Assembly: GCA_046543235.1 (NCBI GenBank)
Contig: JBKGZT010000036.1
Span: 1-13,635, forward strand
Direction: 5' to 3'
Source of the DNA: Candidatus Acetothermia bacterium
Lineage (GTDB): Bacteria; Bipolaricaulota; Bipolaricaulia; M55B111
Length of the DNA stretch: 13,635 nucleotides
Position 1 is the first letter of the stretch, and every line of letters starts with the position of its first letter. Position numbers and translations under genes: made by a program. Shown here one piece after another: positions 1 through 7,407 of the stretch. The notes under the pieces are model-generated. The model had not been told where the DNA came from. It worked only from the letters and a program-made list of their open reading frames with translations, and did not search any database.

Positions 1-23
1 AATTGCCACATGATGCGCTAGAA

Positions 24-52
24 AATATAGTGGTTTGGTGGGGGGATTTCAA
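24..52 (-). promoter_or_regulatory. Putative sigma70-type promoter reading off the left edge of the window
   Basis: Minus strand TTGAAA (52-47), 17 nt spacer, TATATT (29-24). The downstream gene lies outside the window. Confidence 0.5.
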
Positions 53-103
53 GAGGTAATTCTGGATGTAAACGGGGTTGACAGGGAAAACCGGGAGGGC
101 TGA

Positions 104-1078
104 TCAGCTCGAATCGGCGAACCTATCTCCTATCTTTAAATGGTAACCGTTTACGAAATCAACCCCGCTCATGGAGCACTTCGACGGGGGCTGTACCCGC
201 TTGAGCGCGAGGGCAGTAAAGTCTCCACACCTGACGATCAACCCGAGGCTACCCGTATCGATGACCTCTCCCGGCTCGGCGTTTCTTGACCTCCTGCCAA
301 GAGGAAGCCTGTCCAACAGCTCTCCGCTCAGCCTTCCGAGGTCCCGGGAACGGTACAGGCCTATGCGCTCCCCCTCGTAGTAAGAGTAGGCTCCCGGCCA
401 GGGATTCATGCCGCGGATCCGGTTGTGAAGATTCGAGGACTTCTGGCTCCAGTCAACAAGCCCGTCCTCCTTACTCAGCTTGGGAGCGAAGCTCGGCTCC
501 TCCTTTTGCTCACGCGGTTCCAGGGTTCCCGTTTCCAGCCCTTCCAGGGTCCTGAGAACGAGGTCACCCCCCATTTCGCTCAGGCGGTCGTGCACCTCCC
601 CCGCGGTCTCGTTCTCGCCGATCTTCGTCCTCTCTTTCATCAGTATGGGGCCAGTATCCAACCCCTCGTCCATTATAATCGTGGTGACTCCGGTTACTTC
701 CTCTCCCCGAATTACCGCCCAGTTTACGGGCGCGGCTCCTCGGTATTTGGGGAGCAACGACCCGTGGATATTCACCGGCCATTTGACCAAATCGAGGAAC
801 TCCCTCCCCACTTTCTGCCCATATGCCGCCAGTACGAATCCCTCGGGTTCTAAACCGCCGACCCTATCAAGGGATTCCTGGGAATTTACGTCTTCGGGCT
901 GGAAAAGGGGGATTTCTAACTCAAGCGCCTTTTCCTTGACCGAGGTATAACTGGCTTCCATTCCCCGCCCGCCAGCTCTATCCGGCTGGGTTATTACGAG
1001 CTCTAATTCGTGCTCCTCCGCTACGGACTCCAGTGAAGGTACGGCAAAATCGGCGGACCCGATAAATACTAGCTTCAC
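104..1078 (-). CDS. fmt: Methionyl-tRNA formyltransferase
   Basis: Motifs KLVFIGSADFAVPSL, VITQPDR, NIHGSLLPKYRGAAP, MDEGLDTGPI, IRGMNPWPGA. Start moved from 1099 to GTG at 1078, which follows a GGAGG Shine-Dalgarno and gives the canonical N-terminus. Confidence 0.97.
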   Translation of the reverse strand: MKLVFIGSADFAVPSLESVAEEHELELVITQPDRAGGRGMEASYTSVKEKALELEIPLFQPEDVNSQESLDRVGGLEPEGFVLAAYGQKVGREFLDLVKWPVNIHGSLLPKYRGAAPVNWAVIRGEEVTGVTTIIMDEGLDTGPILMKERTKIGENETAGEVHDRLSEMGGDLVLRTLEGLETGTLEPREQKEEPSFAPKLSKEDGLVDWSQKSSNLHNRIRGMNPWPGAYSYYEGERIGLYRSRDLGRLSGELLDRLPLGRRSRNAEPGEVIDTGSLGLIVRCGDFTALALKRVQPPSKCSMSGVDFVNGYHLKIGDRFADSS

Positions 1079-1183
1079 CCGAAACCTCCTCCCGGTCAAA
1101 TATTGAAATTAAAAATCGTCGGTAAAAGGCTGGAAACTCCGTCTCCAGAAATACTCTATAAAGTCAGCTCAAAGTCAACCCCG

Positions 1184-1212
1184 TTGCCCCGGCGTGATTT
1201 GAAGGTTATCAT
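1184..1212 (+). promoter_or_regulatory. Putative sigma70-type promoter for recG
   Basis: TTGCCC (1184-1189), 17 nt spacer, TATCAT (1207-1212), about 85 nt upstream of the recG ATG. Confidence 0.5.
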
Positions 1213-1297
1213 ATTTTAACCTCGAGTTAAACTCGATCTAAGTCGTCTGGTACGTGTTAACATTCTGCGCCCGACCGATAAATATCCAGGAGCCGGA

Positions 1298-3574
1298 ATG
1301 GATAAAAAACACAAAAGAAAACTAAAGAAAATCCTTAAACTGGAGAAAAAAACGGGATTCCAGAACGAAGCGGTACTAGGTGGATTGGAGAGCCTCTCCG
1401 ATAGTCTAATCCAAGATGCAAGGATCAGGGAGCTTCTCGACGGCTACGACGAAAAGAAACCCTTCAATCGCGGGGAAGTAGTCGAGGAGATAGAAAACTA
1501 CCTCGAATCAAGCGACACAAGCACCGCCGAGAGCGAGGTCAGCCTGGAAGATCCTATCAAAAACGCCGCGGGAGTGGGAGACAAGCGGGAAGAAAAATTC
1601 CTAGACCTGGGCGTGAGAACCATCCGCGATCTCTTCTTTTACTTCCCCCGAAGGATCGAGGACAGGAGGAAGGTAAAAAAAATTTCGGAAGTCAGCACCG
1701 GGGAAAGCTGTACCGTGCTCGGGAAGGTGGAGGGACTCTCCAAGCTCGAGCCCCGTCCCGGCGTCGAACTCGTCAAGGCGGCGATCAACGACGGAACTGG
1801 CACGGTTTACCCCGTCTGGTTCAACCAGCCTTGGATAAAAAACCAGCTGAGGCAGGAGGACGAAGTCGCGGTGTACGGCGAAGTCAAGAGGGAGTACGGC
1901 GAGAGGCAAATGGAGAACCCCACGTGGGAACCGGCGGAAGAGAAGAGCAAGACGAGAAAACTGGTCCCGGTATATCCTGCGACGGAGGATTTGAGTCAGA
2001 AGGTAATCCGCTGGATAATCCGGAAAAACCTGATCAAGTACATAGATGCAGTCCAGCAGTTTCCGTCATCGAAGACGGTTAAAGAACACGGCTTCATGGA
2101 AAGAAAGACCTCATTTAAGAGAATCCACGAGCCCCTGGAGACCGGCGACTTCGAGGAGGCCCGCCGGAGCCTTTCCTTTTCTGAACTTTTCCTCTTTTAC
2201 ACGGAGCTCCTGCAGGAATCGGAGGAAAAGAAAGTTGAGACGCCTCAGCTTTCCCGTTTAGGAGATCGACTCGAAGAATTTCGCGGGAAACTTTCCTTTG
2301 ATCTAACCGACGACCAGGAGCGGGCCCTGGGTGATCTGGCGGAGGATCTTAAATCTCCGGAACCGATGAACCGGCTTCTACAGGGCGACGTGGGAACAGG
2401 AAAAACCGTAGTGGCGGCCGCGGCCAGTTACATGGTAATCTCCTCCGGATATCAGGTAGGTATGATGGCACCGACAACCGTACTTGCGGAACAACACTAC
2501 CGAAACCTCGAAAACCTCTTCAGGGACCTATCCGCGGAGGTAGAACTACTTACCGGCGACCTCTCTAAGAAACGGCGGGAAAACGTCCTGAGCCGGCTCG
2601 AATCGGGAGAAATAGACCTACTCGTCGGAACTCACGCCCTCCTGGAGGAAACGGTAACTTTCTCAAGCCTGAATCTGGTCGTCATCGACGAGGAGCAACG
2701 GTTCGGAGTAGCCCAGAAGGAGAAGCTCGGATGGGGAAGCCGCACGGTAAACAAACTCGTCCTGAGCGCGACCCCGATTCCGAGAACCATTACGGCAACG
2801 GTTTACGGCGAGTACGAGGTCTCCAGGCTGGAAGAATTTCCTCACGGAGAAAAGGACGTCAGCACCTACTGGATCAGCAACTCGAAGAGAAATCAGGTCT
2901 ACGAGTACGTCAAAAAGGAGCTGAAAGGAGACAGCCAGGCCTTTATCGTCTTACCTCTGATCGAGGAATCCGACCAGCAGGAGGTAAAATCCGCCATAAA
3001 GACGAGGGAAGAGCTGGCGGAAAAGCAGCTCAAAGGATTCGAAATCGGTCTACTGCATGGTCGGATGAAGTCCGAAGAAAAGTCGGAAGTACTGAGGCGA
3101 TTCGAGAAAAGAGAGCTGGACGCCCTCGTCTCCACTACCGTAATCGAGGTCGGCGTCGATATCCCGAGCGCAAACATCCTGATCGTGGAGGAAGCGGATC
3201 AGTTCGGGTTGACCCAGCTTCACCAGCTACGAGGCAGGATCGGGAGGTCGGGCGACAAAGCGTACTGTTTTGCGATCGGTTCTCCTACGACCGAGGAAGG
3301 ACGAGAAAGGCTTGAAGCGTTCCGCGACATCTCCGACGGCTTCCAGCTGGTTGAGAAGGACCTGGAAATTAGGGGACCGGGCGATCTGTTGAGTTCGGCC
3401 CAGCACGGTTTCCACAACAGTTTTCGCGCCTGTAATTTCCTTAAAGACTACGATATAATGAAGGTTGCCAGGGACGAAGCCAGGAAACGGATTGAGTTAG
3501 AAGGCGAGAGTGGCCGCCTCAAGGATCTCTTCGAAAAATACTTCGGAAACCGGCTGGCGGAAGTCGAAAGTTAA
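1298..3574 (+). CDS. recG: ATP-dependent DNA helicase RecG
   Basis: Wedge/OB region (DLFFYFPRR, WFNQPWI, LVPVYPATE), RLLQGDVGTGKT, SATPIPRT, TTVIEVGVDIP, QLHQLRGRIGR and TRG motif DLEIRGPG. AGGAG SD before the ATG. Confidence 0.95.
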   Translation: MDKKHKRKLKKILKLEKKTGFQNEAVLGGLESLSDSLIQDARIRELLDGYDEKKPFNRGEVVEEIENYLESSDTSTAESEVSLEDPIKNAAGVGDKREEKFLDLGVRTIRDLFFYFPRRIEDRRKVKKISEVSTGESCTVLGKVEGLSKLEPRPGVELVKAAINDGTGTVYPVWFNQPWIKNQLRQEDEVAVYGEVKREYGERQMENPTWEPAEEKSKTRKLVPVYPATEDLSQKVIRWIIRKNLIKYIDAVQQFPSSKTVKEHGFMERKTSFKRIHEPLETGDFEEARRSLSFSELFLFYTELLQESEEKKVETPQLSRLGDRLEEFRGKLSFDLTDDQERALGDLAEDLKSPEPMNRLLQGDVGTGKTVVAAAASYMVISSGYQVGMMAPTTVLAEQHYRNLENLFRDLSAEVELLTGDLSKKRRENVLSRLESGEIDLLVGTHALLEETVTFSSLNLVVIDEEQRFGVAQKEKLGWGSRTVNKLVLSATPIPRTITATVYGEYEVSRLEEFPHGEKDVSTYWISNSKRNQVYEYVKKELKGDSQAFIVLPLIEESDQQEVKSAIKTREELAEKQLKGFEIGLLHGRMKSEEKSEVLRRFEKRELDALVSTTVIEVGVDIPSANILIVEEADQFGLTQLHQLRGRIGRSGDKAYCFAIGSPTTEEGRERLEAFRDISDGFQLVEKDLEIRGPGDLLSSAQHGFHNSFRACNFLKDYDIMKVARDEARKRIELEGESGRLKDLFEKYFGNRLAEVES

Positions 3575-3680
3575 TAGCAGGAAGCCTTAAACGTGCTGGA
3601 TTTTCGCCGGGGTGTCCGCTACTTTTATTTTGCTCAACCAGAACTACTATATTGGAGGTAATCGGTTAAAACCGAACGAG

Positions 3681-3971
3681 ATGATCGATAAAGAAACCGT
3701 AAAACACGTGGAAGATCTGGCAGAACTCAGTCTGACGGAGTCGGAACGGGAAGAGCTAACCGACGACCTGGCGGGGATTATCGATTACGTAAACAAACTC
3801 CAGGAACTGGACACGGATGAAGTAGAACCTCTAATGCATATCCTTGAAGTTGAAAACGTTCTGAGGAAGGACGAGAGGAAAACCAACCTGCCGGATGAAG
3901 AGGTCTTTAAAAATTCTCCCGCCAGAAAAGGTAATTTCTTCCAGGTTCCTCCGGTAATAGATCAGGACTGA
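3681..3971 (+). CDS. gatC: Asp/Glu-tRNA amidotransferase subunit C
   Basis: MIDKETVKHVEDLAEL, LQELDTDEVEP, NVLRKD and C-terminal FFQVPPVI match GatC. ATG 3681 gives the canonical N-terminus; exact start uncertain. Confidence 0.9.
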   Translation: MIDKETVKHVEDLAELSLTESEREELTDDLAGIIDYVNKLQELDTDEVEPLMHILEVENVLRKDERKTNLPDEEVFKNSPARKGNFFQVPPVIDQD

Positions 3972-3980
3972 AAAACCAAC

Positions 3981-4721
3981 CTAGCCCTGTCCGGGTGTGG
4001 GATAGACGAAAGTTCCTATTTCCTTTCCTCTCAGGATTTTAGCCGTGTTTCCTTTGGTGAAGAGATCGTAAACGACCATCGGAATTCCGGTCTCCCTGCA
4101 GATTCTGGCAGCGGTAAGATCTATGACCCCGAGTTCCTCATCCATCATCCTCTCGTAAGTAAGTTCGGTGATGAATTCCGCCTCCCCTCCACCTGCGGGA
4201 TCACCGGAATAAACTCCGTCTACGTCAGTTCCCTTTAAGATAAGATCAGCCCCTATCTCCCCCGCCCGCAGGGCGGCAGCACTATCCGTCGTAAAATACG
4301 GATTTCCGGTACCGCCGGCAAAAATGACGATACCGGAATCACCCAGGCGTTCGTCTGCCTGATCGGAATCAACTGGCTTGGCTATTCCATCCACGGGTAG
4401 AGCCGATTGAAGCTGCACCGCCAGGCCCCTATCCTCTAGGCTATCCTTGAGCACTATCCCGTTTACGATCGTAGCAACCATACCGGCAAAATCCCCGGCA
4501 GTTCGGCTGAGGAGGTCCTGGTCCGCGCCCCTAAGTACGTTGCCGCCCCCGACCACCAGGGCGAGCTCTATTCCCAGCTCAACAGCGCTTTCTACCTGGT
4601 CCGCGATGTAATCTATGGATTCCGCGTCGAGGGGGGTATCCCCACCAAAACCCGCGCCAGAGACCTTCAACAAGGCTCTGGAGGGTGTAAACCTGGTCGG
4701 GGGGTTGGATAATAAACTCAA
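3981..4721 (-). CDS. pyrH: Uridylate kinase
   Basis: LLKVSG, VVGGGN, FAGGTGNPYFTTDSAAALRA, KGTDVDGVYSGDP; lies downstream of rpsB-tsf. TTG start uncertain. Confidence 0.95.
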   Translation of the reverse strand: MSLLSNPPTRFTPSRALLKVSGAGFGGDTPLDAESIDYIADQVESAVELGIELALVVGGGNVLRGADQDLLSRTAGDFAGMVATIVNGIVLKDSLEDRGLAVQLQSALPVDGIAKPVDSDQADERLGDSGIVIFAGGTGNPYFTTDSAAALRAGEIGADLILKGTDVDGVYSGDPAGGGEAEFITELTYERMMDEELGVIDLTAARICRETGIPMVVYDLFTKGNTAKILRGKEIGTFVYPTPGQG

Positions 4722-4800
4722 TCTTACCGAGTTACCTCACTCTATGGTGAAACTGACGGTAAATTAAGCCGGATCGAAAACTACCGGGTTTTACGTGGGG

Positions 4801-5415
4801 TTAATTTTCCTCTTCTTCCTCTTCCGAGTCCGCCCCGACGTCGAACCGGGCAAACCTGGTTATCTCAATTTCCTCGTTGACCTTCGCCGAGAGCTCCCCC
4901 ATGATCTCTTCTATCGTCTTATCGGTCTCCTTGACGGACTCCTGTTCCAGCAAGCAGATTTCTCCGTAAAACTTGTCCAACTTCCCTTCCACGATATCCT
5001 CTATCACGTGATCCGGTTTTCCCTCTTCCTTGGCTTGCTTCCTGTAGACCTCCTCCTCTTCTTCAACTACTTCTTCCGGCACGTCCTCGCGGGATACGTA
5101 TTCTGGGGAAGCTGCGGCAACCTGGAGTGAGACGGTATCTACAAATTTTTGAAACTCGTCGCTATTAGCTGTAAAGTCAGTCTGACACTTAATTTCCACC
5201 AGAACTCCCACTTTACCGTCGTGGTGGATATAAGAGCCTACTCGGCCCTCGCCCGACTCCAGTTTTCCTTCGGACATCTCCATTCCCTGCTCCCTGAGCA
5301 TCTGTTTTGCTTCTTCCATGTCTCCATCCGTTTCCTGCAGGGCGCGCTTGCAGTCCATTATGCCAACGCCCGTCTCTTCTCTTAATTTCTTTACCTCTTC
5401 GGTAGTTATAGCCAT
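4801..5415 (-). CDS. tsf: Elongation factor Ts (short ~200 aa form)
   Basis: VKKLREETGVGIMDCKRAL, EGRVGSYIH, CQTDF, EICLLEQ, ITRFARF; AGGAGG SD; follows rpsB. Confidence 0.97.
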   Translation of the reverse strand: MAITTEEVKKLREETGVGIMDCKRALQETDGDMEEAKQMLREQGMEMSEGKLESGEGRVGSYIHHDGKVGVLVEIKCQTDFTANSDEFQKFVDTVSLQVAAASPEYVSREDVPEEVVEEEEEVYRKQAKEEGKPDHVIEDIVEGKLDKFYGEICLLEQESVKETDKTIEEIMGELSAKVNEEIEITRFARFDVGADSEEEEEEN

Positions 5416-5461
5416 TTAATATATCCTCCTAAACAAGGTGTGAAAATCGTGGAAAACGCTT

Positions 5462-6328
5462 CTAGGCTGAAGCTTCTTCGACTTCCGCTTCTTCTACTTC
5501 CTCGTCCTCGGCTTCTTCCTCGGCGACCTCAGCTTCCTTATCATCTTCTTCCGCTTCGACTTCGGGCTCCTCCGCTTCTTCGTCTTCCTCGGTTTCCGCT
5601 TCCGCTGCTTCTTCCTCGGCACCCTCTTCTTCAAGATTTCGATCGGCACCCTCTCTGCCTTCGATTACCGCATCGGCAAGCCGCGTGGTCAGCAGTCTCG
5701 TTGCCTTAATGGCGTCATCGTTCCCCGGAATAGGATAATCGATCAGATCGGGATCACAGTTCGTATCCGTGATGGCAATTACAGGAATGTCCAGGATTCC
5801 GGCCTCGTGCACGGCAATTTCTTCCGTCTCCGGATCTATTACGTAAACTATATCCGGGGGCTTCTCCATATCCCTGATACCGTCGTAGTTACGCCGCTTT
5901 TTCTTCAATTCTCGACGCAACTTCACTACTTCCTTATTGGGAAGTTGTTCGAAGGTCCCGTCTTCTTCCATCCGCTCCAGCTTTATCATCCTCTCGACGC
6001 TATCACGGATGGTATCAAAGTTGGTCAACGTTCCCCCGAGCCAGCGATGGTTCACGTAATGAGCACCACACCGCTTACCTTGCTTTTCCACTATATTCTG
6101 AACCTGGCGCTTGGTCCCGACGAAGAGAATTTCTGCTCCTCCCCTCACTTGATCCCGGACGAAATCGTAAGTCTTTTCGAACAGATCCTGCGTCGTCTCG
6201 AGATCGATTATGTGAATCCCTTTTCTCTCCATGAAAATGTAGTCTTCCATCTTGGGATTCCAGCGCTGAGTCCTATGTCCAAAATGGACACCCGATTCTA
6301 GAAGTTCCTTCATAGTTAAGAGTTCCAC
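5462..6328 (-). CDS. rpsB: 30S ribosomal protein S2 with long acidic C-terminal tail
   Basis: [49 protein letters not shown] start after AAGGAGG SD. Confidence 0.98.
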   Translation of the reverse strand: MELLTMKELLESGVHFGHRTQRWNPKMEDYIFMERKGIHIIDLETTQDLFEKTYDFVRDQVRGGAEILFVGTKRQVQNIVEKQGKRCGAHYVNHRWLGGTLTNFDTIRDSVERMIKLERMEEDGTFEQLPNKEVVKLRRELKKKRRNYDGIRDMEKPPDIVYVIDPETEEIAVHEAGILDIPVIAITDTNCDPDLIDYPIPGNDDAIKATRLLTTRLADAVIEGREGADRNLEEEGAEEEAAEAETEEDEEAEEPEVEAEEDDKEAEVAEEEAEDEEVEEAEVEEASA

Positions 6329-6388
6329 ATCTTTTCCTCCTTTATCGATGATCTCTCAAAATGCACTTCGATCTCTCGAAGGTAGGTG

Positions 6389-6418
6389 ATTATACAGGAA
6401 TATCGACTTCACCTTCAA
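6389..6418 (-). promoter_or_regulatory. Putative sigma70-type promoter for rpsB-tsf-pyrH
   Basis: Minus strand TTGAAG (6418-6413), 18 nt spacer, perfect TATAAT (6394-6389), about 60 nt upstream of rpsB. Confidence 0.6.
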
Positions 6419-6655
6419 GGCAGGCAGCTATAATTCCCTGTTCAAGTCCCGCTCGACCAGGGGTCCCGCAGCGAGACGATCCGCCAAACTCTCTCGGGAC
6501 GACAAAAACCAGGATCCCCTCGTGAATTATTCAAACTAGGGAGTTGGAAAGAGGGTCCAAGAACTTGGCTTCATCTCCTCTCCTCTACCGACAAGATCTG
6601 TTGGAAAGGCTAAAAGTTGTTCTCAAATGAGAAAATCGCACAACTTGGGTGAGTA

Positions 6656-6698
6656 GAAAAAGAAAATAGGCCTATTCGCCTTTAGGGCAAATAGGCCT
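6656..6698 (-). terminator. Intrinsic terminator after the arsR-glutaredoxin operon
   Basis: Minus-strand hairpin AGGCCTATT...AATAGGCCT (6698-6668, with inner GCC/GGC pairs) followed by ATTTTCTTTTTC, about 45 nt after the glutaredoxin stop. Confidence 0.75.
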
Positions 6699-6741
6699 GG
6701 AATGCGTATTCAAAAAAATCAAGAAGAAAAACAAACCAATG

Positions 6742-6984
6742 CTAGTTGACGTTTATCAGGGACTGCAGCTTTTCCTTGTTGAAGCCAACTACTATGTTAC
6801 CGTCGATATCTATAACTGGAGTACCCCGTTGACCGGATTTCTCGATCATCTCTTTTGCTTTTTGCCGGTTTTGAGAGACGTCGTAGTCAGTATATGTAAC
6901 GTTGTTTTCGTCCATCCAGTCCTTGGCGGCATTGCAGTATGGACATGAAGGAGTAGTATAAATAGTCACGTTATGGTCGTTCAT
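6742..6984 (-). CDS. Glutaredoxin-like protein (NrdH/YruB-like redoxin)
   Basis: 80 aa; VTIYTTPSCPYC active site, SGQRGTPVIDIDG cis-Pro region, VGFNK; AGGAGGT SD; ATGA overlap with the upstream arsR stop. Confidence 0.9.
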   Translation of the reverse strand: MNDHNVTIYTTPSCPYCNAAKDWMDENNVTYTDYDVSQNRQKAKEMIEKSGQRGTPVIDIDGNIVVGFNKEKLQSLINVN

Positions 6985-7292
6985 CCTAGGTCACCTCCTG
7001 AATTTTGTAGTAATACTTTGGGGTCGACACCCATGCTTTCCAGCAGATCGTAATTTATGTCGTAACAGTACTTGATGCCGTCCTTGTTCTTCTCGAGTAT
7101 TCCCGCGTGGGTCAGCTTGGATAGATGGTAAGATATATCCGGCTGGCTTAGTTCGAGCTCGCTTGATATTTCCTTCGCACATATGTTATCGTGTTCCAGC
7201 ACTAGCATAAGAATATTGAGGCGCTGAGAACTCGCAAGTGCTTTGAATACTGACTCCACGTCTTCCACTTCTAAAGCCCTATTATCTCTCAT
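6981..7292 (-). CDS. ArsR/SmtB family transcriptional regulator
   Basis: FKALASSQRLNIL, ICAKEI, LSQPDISYHLSKL..AGI winged-HTH pattern. Start placed at ATG 7292 because TTG 7307 is only 3 nt from the -10 box. Confidence 0.9.
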   Translation of the reverse strand: MRDNRALEVEDVESVFKALASSQRLNILMLVLEHDNICAKEISSELELSQPDISYHLSKLTHAGILEKNKDGIKYCYDINYDLLESMGVDPKVLLQNSGGDLG

Positions 7293-7310
7293 AAATATCT
7301 TCCTCAAGTG

Positions 7311-7355
7311 AGTATAACCTCTTCAAACACGTATGTCAATATTTAAAATTTTAAA
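7311..7355 (-). promoter_or_regulatory. Near-consensus sigma70 promoter of arsR-grx with adjacent AT palindrome (possible operator or UP element)
   Basis: Minus strand TTGACA (7339-7334), 17 nt spacer, TATACT (7316-7311); perfect palindrome TTTAAAATTTTAAA at 7342-7355. Confidence 0.75.
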
Positions 7356-7407
7356 AAGTTCAAAAGCAAGAACCCTTTTCCCTTCCGTCCTGAACTTCAA
7401 AACTAAA

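Noticed and set aside
5462-5640. Repetitive CTTC/CTTCC tracts suggesting a tandem repeat or CRISPR array
   Set aside because: They are explained by Glu/Ala codons of the S2 tail; no regularly spaced repeat-spacer array was seen anywhere in the window.
6436-6459. tRNA-3'-like string GTTCAAGTCCCGCTCGACCA (possible att remnant or permuted tmRNA)
   Set aside because: The T-stem arms do not pair and the distance to CCA is too short for an acceptor stem.
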